A stretch of 64,000 bases of DNA, taken from the NCBI RefSeq assembly GCF_006345805.1, contig NC_043004.1, positions 82,522,001 through 82,586,000 of the forward strand, given 5' to 3'. Made by a program: the position numbers and the translations under genes. Of this stretch, positions 39,530-53,671 are shown in pieces (position 1 is the stretch's first letter; each line of letters opens with the position of its first letter). The notes beneath the pieces are model-generated. The model had not been told where the DNA came from and made no database searches. It saw only the letters and a list, made by a program, of their open reading frames with translations. The stretch is from Octopus sinensis (lineage: Eukaryota).

Positions 39530-41943
39530 GGCCCGCATAAATTTGTACAACATCTTCCCGGTTCGGCCAGGCCCTTCTTGACGTGGCTGAAGATTGTTTT
39601 CTATCGCAACATGTTGAATATCCGACAAGGCATCGGTCTGGGCAGCAGCCATCTATGCTAGATCTGGTATTCTCCCGCTATCCAAGATCAGTGTCAGACG
39701 TATCTGTGTGCGCCCCTCTTGCCAAGAGTGATCATGCGGTCCTGAAGTTCGTCATGCACACAACTTTTTCTACGCCCACGATTACTTCGCTGCCACGTAG
39801 AGTCTTCTCTGCAGTTAATCTTGAAATTCTAACCAAGGCTTCCGCGCTTCTGGACTGGCGATCCCTGATGACGTTGTCCTCAGTTGACGAAATATGGTCA
39901 TCCCTCAAAGCATATGTAATCTGTTTGACTGACCAGGCAGTTCCCGTTGGGCTTCCCAAGAGGAAGAAACACAAGCCCTGGGTGACGAAGAAGGTTAAAC
40001 GAGAACGTCGACTCAGAGATATTGCTTGGGCTGAATTCAAAAATCTGGATTCGACTGCAGCTTTTGAGGTGTACAAAACTCAACGAGACCGAGCCGTGAA
40101 AATTGAAAAGAAAGAACGCTTCAGTTATGAATACAAAATCGCGGCAAATGCCAGTAGCAATCCAAAAACCTTCTTTGCCCATGTCCAGCGGAATTCCCGC
40201 TTGAACAACCAGATTGCAACGTTGGTAGACTCAACAGCATTGAGGACCCTTATCAACAGAGTCAATTATTTGCCGAGGCTTTTTCAACTATTTTCAAACA
40301 AGATGATGGTCGTGAACCCCCTCCATTTGATAGATCGGTACCTCCAATGCTTCGATTGGTCATCACGCGGGACGAAGTCAAACATGTTATTCAAGACCTC
40401 GATGTCAACAAGGGTAACGGCCCTGACGGCATACACCCACGGGTTATCAAAGCGTTGGCTCCGGTCATCTGCGAGCCCTTAACACGACTATTCAATATGT
40501 CATTGGCGACGGGTGTTATACCTGCAGACTGGAGAACAGCGATAATCTGCCCAATTTTCAAGAAAGGGAGCCGCGAAGACCCGCTTAACTACCGACCGGT
40601 TTCCCTTACATCAATAATCAGCAAGATGTTCGAAACCATCCTTAAGAAAAGTATGATGCTCCACCTCCTAAACACAGCCTCGATCACTGATTCCCAACAC
40701 GGCTTCGTGCCGAAGAGATCATGCTTGACCAACTTACTAGTAATGGAAGAATTGGTGACGCGCATCCTCGATGATAGTGATGCTGTTGACATAGTTTTAT
40801 TGGACTTTGCCAAAGCTTTTGACTCGGTAAACCACCGCCTACTACTTGTCAAGCTTCAAGCATATAGTTTCCATCCGGATATTGTACGATGGGTTGGTGC
40901 CTACCTCTCAGATCGCTCCTTCCAAGTTCAAGTTAATGGTTCGCGGTCCGACGTCTCCAGTGCGAGCAGTGACGTGCCTGAAGGTCCAGTGCTTGGGCCC
41001 TTGTTGTTCTTAGTCTTCATAAATGACTTGCCCGACGACCTCACGCAACACACCCTTCTATTTGCCGACGATATCAAACTGGTCGCTCCTCGCGGTAGTA
41101 TAGACGATCTTCGTCGATGCCTCCACCAAATTTGGAAGTGGTCTAACGATTGGGACCTGTGTCTGAACGTGTCAAAGTGCTGTCATCTGCCTGTCGGCTC
41201 TACTCCTGCAACTCAACTTGATTTCGAGCCGGGTCGTCTGCTGCTGGAGAGGACCGATCAGGTAAAGGACCTGGGTATCTTGGTGGATTCCTCCTTTTCG
41301 CCTTCGGCCCAGAGCGTCCATGCTGCCAACAAAGCGCGCGGAATTCTGTTTTTGATTCGACGGTCATTCGGAATGCTCACAGCAGCCATATTCCTACCAC
41401 TCTATGTCACGCTGGTGAGATCCATATTGGAGTATGGGATTCAAGCCTCTTCTCCTTATCTCCTCAAAGACATACAGCATCTCGAAAGAGTCCAGAGGCT
41501 GGCTACCCGCATGGTTCATGGTCTCAAAAATTTGTCCTACGAAGAAAGGCTGAAGACGCTCGACCTTTATTCTCTTGAAAAACGCCGCCGCCGTGGTGAT
41601 CTCATTCTCGCCCACAACATAATAAGCGGGAAGTGTAACCTCTCGAAAGAGCTGTTCTTCACTCCTGCTCCGGAGCGTCGGCTGCGGGGTCATTCCGAAA
41701 AGCTCTACCTGCGACGATTTCATCTCAATAGAAGGAGAGGAGCTTTCTCCGTCCGGGTTGCGGATCCGTGGAACAAGCTGCCAGACGAGATGGTGAAGAT
41801 GCCGACGACCGCTTTGTTCAAAGCCTCCCTGGACCTCAAGTGGCCTGAACTCTTTACATGAACACCACCCTGTACTTAACTCCATGTCCCCCTACATGGC
41901 CTTGCTATTTGCTTTTGAGCCAAATTAACTAACTAACTAACTA
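39530..41943 (+). mobile_element. GC-rich CR1-like LINE, 5'-truncated within the AP endonuclease, with a (TAAC)n tail
   Basis: ORFs 39583..40482 and 40347..41861 are joined by one frameshift near 40237. APE end SMLDLVFS..KSDH; RT motifs NYRPVSLTS, LDFAKAFDSV, FADDIKL. Inserted about 85 bp upstream of the A4 ATG; the empty site (agatctt|aaacaaaaac) is seen upstream of A2. Confidence 0.93.
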
Positions 41944-42027
41944 AACAAAAACAAGGCCTCTGTTTTTTATGTCAACGTGTTTAACTCTCTATAAAGAAGT
42001 TGCGAGAAATATTTTATTACAAAAAGC

Positions 42028-43358
42028 ATGGAACTAAAAGAAACACGATTCTACAAAATATTACAATTTTATGGAAAATTTAATATCTTTAACGTATCAC
42101 TAATGAATATATCACTGAAATCTCTTAAATGTAAAAATATCTGTATCTCTGCCTTTTACATCCTGTATCCTGTATTTCTGATTACAAACCTTTTTATATC
42201 TATGTATTATATAATAGAATTGTTTCATAGCAAAAGTGATGGAATATTTCTAGAAATTTATACTCAATTTTTACTGTGTTTGCTTTCACTCTACTTTCTG
42301 ATCAAATTCTTCCGAAAATCTAAAGACAAAGAAATACTCGAAGCATTTACAGAATTTAAAATTGAAAAAGACGATGAAAAATTCTATAACAATAACTTAA
42401 TATTTTCTTTCATATCAATTTCTATAGCTGTATTGCTGCCACCAATTTTATTCGCTCTGAAGGACATCATTCTCATGATTCTCATGAACTATGTTTGGAA
42501 TTCCTCAAAAAATTATTTAAGCAGCATCAAAACTCTTGAATTTAGTATTTCATTAATTTTCACTTTATTTGATAGTATATTATATGCGTGCAAACTATAT
42601 GATTGGTATATCAATATGGCAATTGGAACAGCACTGCAGTATGAATTTAATAAAGTAGCTAGCGAGGCTGAGAAATACGTAAAAGAGAAGCATTTAAATA
42701 CTTCGTATTTCTTTAAAAAATATAAAGAGATTCCAGAAATATGTAACTCACATAAAATATGTAACTCACAGTAAAACACTGAATTTAGTAAATGCATTAC
42801 TTCAATTGTCTTCGGGATTTATCGCACTCGTTAGTATTACTGGATGTTGTGTTGCTACGTATATAATTATAGATAATTCATACAAAATGATGCTCACTTA
42901 TTACCTTTCCATTATGTTTGTGACTTCTTTGAACATGATTCTTCTTATAACAATGATACGGATTGGAGTTCGTTTACATGAATCGGTAAGTTATATAATA
43001 ATATATAATCGTACTTTTTCTTCAATTCTATTTTACATATTACATCATAAAAGATGTCGTATATGTTATCCCTATTTTCTCGGTGTTTTAAATGTTTGTG
43101 ATATTTTACCTTCTGATAACCGTCCTGCACCTTTTGATTCCCAAATGTGAAAATGAGAGACAGGTAAAAAAATGGACAAAAATCTGTCATCATTACCACT
43201 AGGTCTATTATTTCTACCACCAACTAATTTTTTTCTCATTCCATCATTCATTCACACTTTCTCTCTCGTTGACTTTGCAACAGTTCTTTGTGAAAGGTGT
43301 TAGGGATTCCACACAAGTTCTCGCTTATTCAAGAAATGATGAGGGTTTGCGTGAATAG
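42028..43358 (+). pseudogene. GR/GRL-like copy A4 (frameshifted)
   Basis: ORFs 42028..42774 and 42806..43150. A locally templated 15-nt insertion replaces 8 nt at about 42755-42770 (net +7). GTAAGT at 42986; acceptor at 43283. Confidence 0.82.
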
Positions 43359-43864
43359 TTAAAAATCTGTTCACGTAAACGCGATATGGCCAATGCTAGT
43401 AATGGTTTTATTTCTAGCAGACAATGTTACGACCTTCTAATAATTCAATAACAATAAGTGATGTCAACAACAGAAATTTTTTGAAGACGTCATTATAAAA
43501 TTAATAATGCTCCACTGATGTTTTTGGATTTCCCAGAAGTTTTATTTTCTTTTTTGGGTCACGTATTTATTTCATTATTTCCTTATTTCTTTACTTCCTT
43601 CTTTTTTTTATTTTTCCTTCTTTCTTCTGTTGAACCTGCTCTTGCTCGTCCTCTTCCTTCACCTAATTATTCTACTATTTAAAAACAACAACCACAAGAA
43701 CAACTAAACAAAAACAACAACAACAGAAACAGTAATAATACTTCTCAAATTATTTTCAATACAGTATTCGTAAGAGCACCACAACAAACCATAACACTTA
43801 CCCAAGGCACACAGAGCTCCGTTTTGTAGTTCAGTGAACGCGCGTGATAAAAATAAACCACTGA

Positions 43865-43891
43865 ATGATGATAATAATAATAATAATAACG

Positions 43892-43927
<36 letters not shown>

Positions 43928-44012
43928 TTAATAATAATAATAATAATATTAATAATAATAATAATGATAATAATGATAATGATGATGATGATGATGATAA
44001 TAATAATAAAAA
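43865..44012 (+). repeat. Compound (AAT)n array, the 'empty' homologue of the Dong landing site
   Basis: Same flanks (Dong 3' fossil on the left; aaaatagtaa..cagtatggagcccaacaaccgatc on the right) as 1762/14765 and 53598/55930. Confidence 0.9.
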
Positions 44013-44698
44013 TAGTAAGAATATTAATTGCAAAAACAAAAACAGTATGGAGCCCAACAACCGATCGCTGATGTCAACTGGCTGTAAATGGGGACAGATC
44101 AAGTTGGGAGAGGCTTCATAGCAGTAGAAAAGTTTATACAGAAAAGTGTAATAGAGTACTCACAGAGCACTACTGATAGATTACTAAAATACAACCATGC
44201 ATACATACTCACATACATACAAACATATATATATATATATATATTTATATTTTAATATATGACAGAAAATGGAAACATATTGAGAAAACAATTGAATGAC
44301 ATCAACTATTATTATTTAATTCAATACAAATAGACTGCATCCTATCTAAGAGCTGTTTCTACTTCAATTTCTATTGCCATTGACATGCTAAAAATATCTT
44401 TCTTAAACATGGAGCTTAATGAGATGGAAAAAAAAAGGAAGAGCCTAGAGGAGAAAAAGGAAACGTTGAATATGGTTAAATGTGTAATATTTTGCTTGTT
44501 TATCTCTCTGGTACATTAAGTAAATGTCAAAGTTTAAAATACTATACGGTAGGTTAATCATTTGTACGAGTGGTGACAGTATTGATACGCAATTACCTTG
44601 TATATATATATATATACATACATATATGTATATGTATATCTGTATCTATGTATATATCTATATCTATATCTGTCTATTTATTTACCTGCCTATGTAAG

Positions 44699-44826
<128 letters not shown>

Positions 44827-45519
44827 AAACACAAAACTAGATATTATGTACTTCGCCATTCCAAGAACACATGGAAATATCCATGCAGCTACATTGAACT
44901 TTGATTTGGGTAAAATGCATAAACGTCCCTCTGTAATTCATCCACTGAGGCCTTATCACCCGATGAATATGATAATGATGTTGAAGAACCGGATGATGAC
45001 GGACGATACGACCGATACTGTTCACATCGCAATGATACAGTCTCTGATTGTAAAGTCATGTAATTTGTTGAAACGCATGCCATTGAATCTCTTTATCACA
45101 GGTTTTGTTGGACCTTCTGGAGTGTTGCATGCGTTGCGTGCTTGTTACCTGCGACGTTATCCATTCTTTTCATGTTATTCATTGTTTTCAGCTACGTATT
45201 AATTTCCTGATTCTTCTCGTCTGGCTTTGTGTACAAGCAATTTCTGGATGACGAATAGACATGCCGGGCTCAAACACATTGCACTTTCGGGCGAAAGGCG
45301 TTATCATTGGCTTATTAACACCATTATTTGATACGTTTCTTTAGACACATTTCCCCAAAATTGAGTTTGTTTGCTTCAATGTTAGCCGCCAACCGGTCTT
45401 TTTATCGAGACACCATTCGTACTAAGTTTGGAAGCCAAGACTACAGGGCTCTTAAAACCCATAAGTTGGGCCTGTTTCCATCGTATCGTTATTATTTTTG
45501 TTATATACATACATACGCA

Positions 45520-45566
<47 letters not shown>

Positions 45567-45600
45567 GCTTATATATATACATATAAATACACACACACAC

Positions 45601-45663
<63 letters not shown>

Positions 45664-45828
45664 CATGTTTACATAATAAACATATACATATATACGTATA
45701 TATAACTGTGTATATATGCGTGTTAGTGTGTGCCTGTGTTCATCTGTGTGTAATGGTCGGGTGTAGAATTGTTTACAGAAACATACATATATAAAGATGA
45801 CACACATACACACCCGCACACACAAACA

Positions 45829-45868
<40 letters not shown>

Positions 45869-46189
45869 TGCATATATTTTTACGATTGTGCTCGGAAATG
45901 TTCCTGGTTTCCACGAAAGAAAATACAATAGGATCAGTCGGTTGTGATTTTCCCGAACATAGTTCCCTCAATCACGCTGCAACTAACGCTCCTTTTGCAG
46001 CGGTGTTTAAGTCTCTCTAAGCCATGTAAAGGGATACAGAATTTCGAGGCTCGAAGAAGGCTTTTCGTGACATCCTTAAAACGAGGATATTTTTAGCGCC
46101 AACTCCACCGCATATACAAATACAAACACATGTATAAGCACACAAACACACAGATACATACAATAAACATAACACACAAACACACACAC

Positions 46190-46277
<88 letters not shown>

Positions 46278-46493
46278 TATTTAAAGGAATTCCAACTCTC
46301 GGTTTTAATATTTCATTTATATACTTTATAATATGAATCTAGAATATAAAATATATAGTATGAATAATATATATAGTAAAATGAAATGAAGTATTGATTG
46401 TCCTATTGAATAGATAAAATATTGTGTATCAAATATTAAGGGACTATTATACTTTCTAGCATTTAAACAGTCTTTAAGGTCCCAGGTTCAACT

Positions 46494-46539
<46 letters not shown>

Positions 46540-46565
46540 TTTATATATATATATATATACATATT

Positions 46566-46597
<32 letters not shown>

Positions 46598-46711
46598 CAT
46601 ATATATACATATATGTATATATACTTAAACCTTTATACAGAAACACACACATTTAATCATACCTATGTACAGTTAAGATGACAGAGAACAATTTATATTT
46701 ATAAATATATA

Positions 46712-46747
<36 letters not shown>

Positions 46748-46971
46748 GAACTGTCTTGCTGGTAAGAAGCTTGCTTCCCAACCGCACGGTTTCGCTTTCG
46801 TTTGGCACGTGTCTTCTACCATTGCTTTGTGCTGACAAAACCCTTCTCAGTGTGTTTGGTAGAGAAAAACTTAAAGAAGCCTGTCGAAAATATTCATTTA
46901 TATATATGTATGTATGTATGTATTTTTGTGCCTGTCTTTGTCACCCATACCAGAGCTTAACAACTGATCGT

Positions 46972-47560
46972 ATAATTGTATATATTTATGCACTAATTCT
47001 TCAGTGTTTCATATCAATCTACGGTCTGATCAAATTCTTCAGTAAATCTAAAGAGAAAGAATACGCGAAGCATTTACCGAACTTACAATTAATGAAGACG
47101 ATGAAAAATTCTATAACAATAGCTTAATATTTTCTTTTATATCTCTTTCTATAGTGATGTTGATGCCGCCTATTATACTCAATATCATAGTATACGTTCT
47201 CCCGTTTTCTAGGTACAATGTTCAGAATTCCTCAACAAATTATTTAAATGCAAGAAAAACTCTTGAATTTATTATTTCATTAATTTTCATTTTATTTGAT
47301 TTTATATTTTTTACGTGCATGCGATTTGATTGGTATATCAATATGGAAATTGGGACTGCACTGCAGTATGAGTTTAATAAAATAGCGAGCGAGTTAATCT
47401 TTAATTTTAATTTCCATGATACATCATAAAAAATATCGAAGATGTTATCCTAATTAAATCGGTCTTTTGGAATTATGTGATATCTTTCCTTCCGATATCC
47501 GTCTTGTATCATTTGATTCCCAAAGATGAACATGAGATAGAGGTGAAATAATGGAAAAAG
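46972..47560 (+). pseudogene. GR/GRL-like copy B2 (5'-truncated, about 330-bp internal deletion)
   Basis: ORFs 46741..47127 and 47154..47429. The sequence jumps from ..aatagcgagcgag to the 3' region at about 47395. Confidence 0.82.
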
Positions 47561-47645
47561 ATTTTCCATTGCTACCATTATGACTATTATGTCTCCAACC
47601 CCAAAACTTTGACTAGCTTTCGATCTATCTATCTCTCGTTCTCTG

Positions 47646-47708
<63 letters not shown>

Positions 47709-48151
47709 GTTCTGTCTGTCTGGCTGTGTGTCTTCTCGGATCTCGTGAATCATCCATCCTATTGGGCTCAAATGAGATATGTTGATACCGACGGAATCAG
47801 GGCGTATATAGGTCTTGAAAAAGTTACAAAAATCGATTCTTGGTGAGAATGGGATCGATAAAGCCGTTTTTGTCCTGCTTTTCTTTCGTTGTATTTGTAC
47901 TGCTTAAAGGCACGTTTCTTTCCTGTCAAGCTTACTGTTTAAACCATGTTTGTGTTCACCCAGTCAACAGCCTTATCATTACTGGTATTTTAAACTCTTC
48001 GTTTGCATATTTGCGTGAATAAAATCTTTTTCTTTGGAATAGAAAAATATGTCTATCTTTATTTCCTCTTTTGCCGGTATCTCAAGTTTAGGTTAAATCA
48101 GGATCGGTCGGACAAGTTGTTTTGAGAAAATTGTGTTTAATTGTTTGGCAA

Positions 48152-48195
<44 letters not shown>

Positions 48196-48197
<2 letters not shown>

Positions 48198-48540
48198 TCA
48201 CGGGTTGAGTCGGGGTTAACCACAGTAAATAAGGTACTCAATACATAGCTGAGTAAATTAATTTATTTTATAGAAGGAGCTTCTACAGGACTAGAACTGT
48301 TTCATTCAAAAGAAATCATCAGGAAGCTAGTAGACAAGAGTTGTTTTGGCATTTATACATTTAGGCAGGTGTAAATGGGTGGTGGTGGGGGGACTTTTTT
48401 GGGGGTAGGCATGGCGCAAAACTATCATTATTAGGGGAGTGGTCAAAGGAATCGGTGTTAAAGTAGATAAAAGAATAAATAAAGAATAAAAAAATAAAAT
48501 AAAAATAGAGTTTTAGGTAAGTGGGGAGACTCTCACTTGT
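48196..48540 (-). mobile_element. Probable Penelope-like 3' tail fragment inserted in (TA)n
   Basis: Unique block not present in the homologous TA arrays (23112, 26620, 38100); contains a hammerhead motif. The Penelope origin is inference. Confidence 0.5.
48278..48328 (-). ncRNA. Type-I hammerhead ribozyme (canonical core, weak stem II)
   Basis: Minus strand reads AGCUUC-CUGAUGA-uUUC(UUUU)GAAu-GAA-ACAG(UUCUAGUC)CUGU-A-GAAGCU, with a GUA triplet and a U-U mismatch at the base of stem II. Confidence 0.72.
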
Positions 48541-49252
48541 ACATATATATATATATACACATATACACACCCGCATATTCACATATATCTATACACATAC
48601 ATACATACCCACATATACATACATATATATATACATACGTACACATACATATACATATACATATATACATATATATACATATATATACACATACCCATGT
48701 ACGTACACACAGATACACATATACATACATATACATACATATATGTATACCCACTCGCACATACATATACATGCACACACATACACACACATTTTTTATT
48801 CTCTTATTTTAATTTTATTAACTACTTTTGTTTATATCTTTATTTTTATCTTGACCGGTCAGCCTGTCTCAAGGGATATCTAAAGATTCCGTTTATCTAT
48901 CTACTTACTGATACGAACGCAAAATTAACATACAAGAATATCAGTCGGTTATGATTCCCTCAGCAGAGCTCCCTCATTCTGCGACTCACGAAACTATTGC
49001 AGCTGTGCTTCAGTTTTTCTAATATCTTTAATGAACCTTTTAATATTTTCTCAAGATATTTCATTATAAACTGTTTTTAATATTTTTGAAATTTCTATCA
49101 AAGAAAGTATATATGTATTGCGATATTTCCTGACAACCGGTATTTAACACAACAAAGCTTTTACAAATCTTTACATTTTAATTTTGACAAACTTTTTGTA
49201 AAACGTGAAACCAGTCAAGTGATTAAACATCATTAAAATTGCATTTTGGAAC

Positions 49253-49331
<79 letters not shown>

Positions 49332-50223
49332 TATATATATATTTAAGTGACATCTTATATGTAAGAGAAATCTTTTATAAAAGACAAATCTTCTCATACG
49401 TCGCAGATAATAGTACTAATCAATGCACATCAATTTGGAACCAACGCTTTATACAATACAAACTAAGAATAAAATATGGAGAAGAATAAAATATCGATAT
49501 TGTAATCAATATACTTGCGAAAGTCAAATGAACATCACAGTATAATATATTGACAAAATTTTTTTTAAAAAGTGAAACCGGCCAAGTGAATAAACATGTT
49601 TAAAATTGCATTTACAAAAGTTCTTTCATATATATACACACACATATATATATATATATATATATTTAAGTCACATGTCATATGTAAGAGAAATCATATA
49701 TAAAAGACAAATCCTCTTATACGTCGCAGATAATAGTACTAATCAATGCACAACAATTTGGAACCAACGCTTTATGCTAAACAAACTAATGGAGAAGAAT
49801 AAAATATCGATATTGTAATCAATATACTTGAGAAAGTCAAATGAACATCAGAGTAATATCAAACATAAATTCATAATAGATTGTCGAAATTCATTTTCCT
49901 ATAAGCTATAAAAAGGCTCGATTAAATATAAATCATTTAAGATTTATATCTTAAGAAGCTTATCGAGTAATATTCAATTTCATATGCATTTTAAAATCCA
50001 TAGCAACAGATTTGAAATAATCCCTACGGACAAACAAAACGGGAGACATTATATAACAGCTTTATCCGATAGCTTTATTTCCAGTTGTTTCGTAACACAC
50101 AGAGCTTTGCAATACTCTTACCTTAATATAGAGATCTTAAACGAAAACAAGAACTCTGTTTTTTATTTCAACGTGTTTAACTCTCTATAAGGAAGTTGTG
50201 AGAAATATTTTATTACAAAAAGT

Positions 50224-51537
50224 ATGGAACTAAAAGAAACACGATTCTACAAAATATTACAATTTTATGGGAAAATTAATATTTGTAAGATATCACTTAT
50301 GAACATATCACTGAAATCTCTCAAATGTAAAAATATCTGTATCTCTGCGTTTTACATCCTGTATCCTGTATATCTGACTACAAACCCCATTATATCTATG
50401 TATGCTATAATAGGATTGCTTCATAACAAATCTCATGAAAGATTTGTATTTATTTATACACTATTTTTTAAGTGTTTGCTTTCACTCTACTGCCTGATCA
50501 AATTCTTCCGAAAATCTAAAGACAAAGAAATACTCGAAGCATTTACCGAACTTAAAATTGAAGAAGACGATGAAAAATTCTATAACAATAACTTATTATT
50601 TTCTTTTATATCAATTTCTATAGCTGTATTGCTGCCACCAATTTTACTCACTCTGATGAAAATCGTTTTCATGAACTTTATTTGGAATTACTCAACAAAA
50701 TATTTAAGCAGCATCGAAGCTATTGAATTTAGTATCTCATTAATTTGTACTTTATTTGATTGTATATTATTTGCGTGCATACTCTATGATTGCTATATCA
50801 ATATGGCAATTGGAACTGCACTGCAGTATGAGTTTAATAAATTAGCGAGCGAGGCTGAGAAATACGTAAAAGAAAAGCATTCAAATACTTCGTATTACTT
50901 GAAGAAATATAAAGAGATTCCAGAAATATGTAACTCACATAATACTCTGAGTAAAACACTGGATTTAGTAAATGAATCATTTCAACTGACTTCGGGACTT
51001 ACCGTATTCGTTAGTATTACTGCATGCTGTGTTGCTACGTATATAATTATAAATAATTCATACAAAATTATACTCACTTATTACGTTTCGTTTATGTTTG
51101 TGGCTTCTTTGAACGTGATTCTTCTAATCACAACGATGCAGATTGGTGTTCGTTTAAACAAATCGGTAAGTTATATAATAATATATAATCGTACTTTTTC
51201 TTCAATTCTATTTTACATATTACATCATAAAAGATGTCGTATATGTCATCCCAATTTCGTCGGTGTTTTAAATTTATGTGATATCTTATCTTCTGATATC
51301 CGTCCTGCACCTTTGATTCCCAAATGTGAAGGTGAGATAAAGGTTAAAAAATGGAGGAAAATCTGCCATCATTACCACTAGGTCCATTATGTCTACCACC
51401 ATCTAACTTTCTTATCATTCCATCATTCATTCACACGTTCCCTCTCTTTGACTTTGCAACAGTTCTTTGTTAAAGGTGTTGAGGATGCCACACAATTTCT
51501 CGCTTATCGAATAAATGACGAGGGTTTGTGTGAATAG
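50224..51537 (+). CDS. GR/GRL-like multi-TM receptor A5, intact first coding segment (longest read-through ORF)
   Basis: ORF 50224..51381 (385 aa). GTAAGT at 51166 after 314 codons; acceptor at 51462; putative exon 51463..51537. Confidence 0.72.
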
Positions 51538-51934
51538 TTAAAAATCTGTTCACATGGACGCGCTATTGGCCAATGTTAGTAATGGTTTTATTTCTAGCAG
51601 AATATATTACGACATTCTAGTAATTCAATAACAATAAGTGATCTCAACAACAGAAGTATTTGAAGACGTCATTTTAATATTAATAATGCTCCACTGATGT
51701 TTTTGCATTTTCTAGAAGTTTTGTTTTCTTTCTTGGGTCATCTTCAGAGTACAGAATATATATAAAAGAAAGGAAGGGCCTACAGAAGAAAACTTAATTG
51801 TCGCATAAGGTTATAATCATACAATTTTGCTTCTGTATCTTTTGGGGGAGGGTGTTGAGCAGATTACTAATGATTAATTAGTACTTGTTGGGTTAATGCT
51901 TAGTACGAATGGGGGATAAAATGAATTAATAATA

Positions 51935-52007
<73 letters not shown>

Positions 52008-52121
52008 CTTATATAAATCCGTTCGGACTGTCTGTCTGTATGTCTTCTCGGATCTCGGGTTTCCTCCAACCGATTACGCTCAAACTTGATGTGTAGATAT
52101 CGACGGTATCGGGGCGTGTAT

Positions 52122-53104
52122 AAGACGATTAAAAATTCTATAACAATAACTTAACATTTTCTTTTATATCAATTTCTATAGTTGTATTGCTGCCACCAAT
52201 TTTATTCGCTCTGAAGGACATCGTTCTCATGATTCTCATGAACTATGTTTGGAATTCCTCAAAAAATTATTTAAGCAGCATCAAAACTCTTGAATTTAGT
52301 ACTTCATTAATTTTCACTATATTTGATAGTATATTATATGCGTGCATACTATATGATTGGTATATCAATATGGCAATTGGAACTGCAGTGCAGTATGAAT
52401 TTAACAAAGTAGCTAGCGAGGCTGAGAGATACGTGAAAGAAAAGCATTTAAATACTTCGTATTACTTTAAAAAATATAAAGAGATTCCAGAAATATGTAA
52501 CTCACATAATACTCTGAGTAAAACACTGAATTTAGTAAATGAATCATTTCAATTGTCTTCGGGATTTATCTCACTCGTTAGTATTACTGGATGTTGTGTT
52601 GCTACCTATATAATTATAATAATGCATACAAAATGATGCTCACTTATTACCTTTCCATTATGTTTGTGACTTCTTTGAACATGATTCTTCTTATAACAAT
52701 GATACGGATTGGAGTTCGTTTACATGAATCGGTAAGTTATATAATAATATATAATCGTACTTTTTCTTCAATTCTATTTTACATATTACATCATAAAAGA
52801 TGTCGTATATGTTATCCCTATTTCCACGATGTTTTAAATTTTTGTGATATCTTACATTCTGATAACCGTCCTGCACCTTTTGATTCCCAAATGTGAAAAT
52901 GAGAGACAGGTAAAAAAATGGACAAAAATCTGCCATCATTACCATTAGGTCTATTATTTCTCCCACCTTCTAAATTTTTTGTCATTCCATCATTCATTCA
53001 CACTTTCTCTCTCTGTGACTTTGCAACAGTTCTTTGTGAAATGTGTTAGGGATGCCACACAAGTTCTCACTTATTCAAGAAATGATGAGATTGTGTGTGA
53101 ATAG
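52122..53104 (+). pseudogene. GR/GRL-like copy A6 (5' third deleted, frameshift)
   Basis: Module P is fused at aagac directly to ..aagacga-t-aaaaattctataac inside the gene. ORFs 52187..52636 and 52591..52896 are offset by a 1-nt deletion near 52620. Confidence 0.83.
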
Positions 53105-53611
53105 TTAAAAATCTGTTCACATAAACGCGATATGGCCAATGCTAGTAATGATTTTATTTCTAGCATCAATGTTACGACCTTCTAATAATTCAATAACAAT
53201 AAGTGATGTCAACAACAGAAATTTTTTGAAGACGTCATTATAAAATTAATAATGCTCCAATGATGTTTTGGATTTCCCAGAAGTTTTCTTTTCTTTTTTG
53301 GGTCATGTATTTATTTCATTATTTCCTTATTTCTTTACTTTATTTTTCCTTCTTTCTTCTGTTCAACCTGCTCTTGCTCGTCCTCTTCCTTCACCTAGTT
53401 ATTCTACTATTTAAAAACAGCAACCACAAGAACAACTAAACAAAAACAACAACAACAGCAACAGTAATAATCCTTCTCAAATTATTTTCAATACAGTATT
53501 CGTGAGAGCACCACAACAAACCATAACACTTACCCAAGGCATACAGAGCTCCGTTTTGTAGTTCAGTGAACGCGCGTGATAAAAATAAACCACTGAATAA
53601 TAATAATAACG

Positions 53612-53670
<59 letters not shown>

Positions 53671-53671
<1 letters not shown>

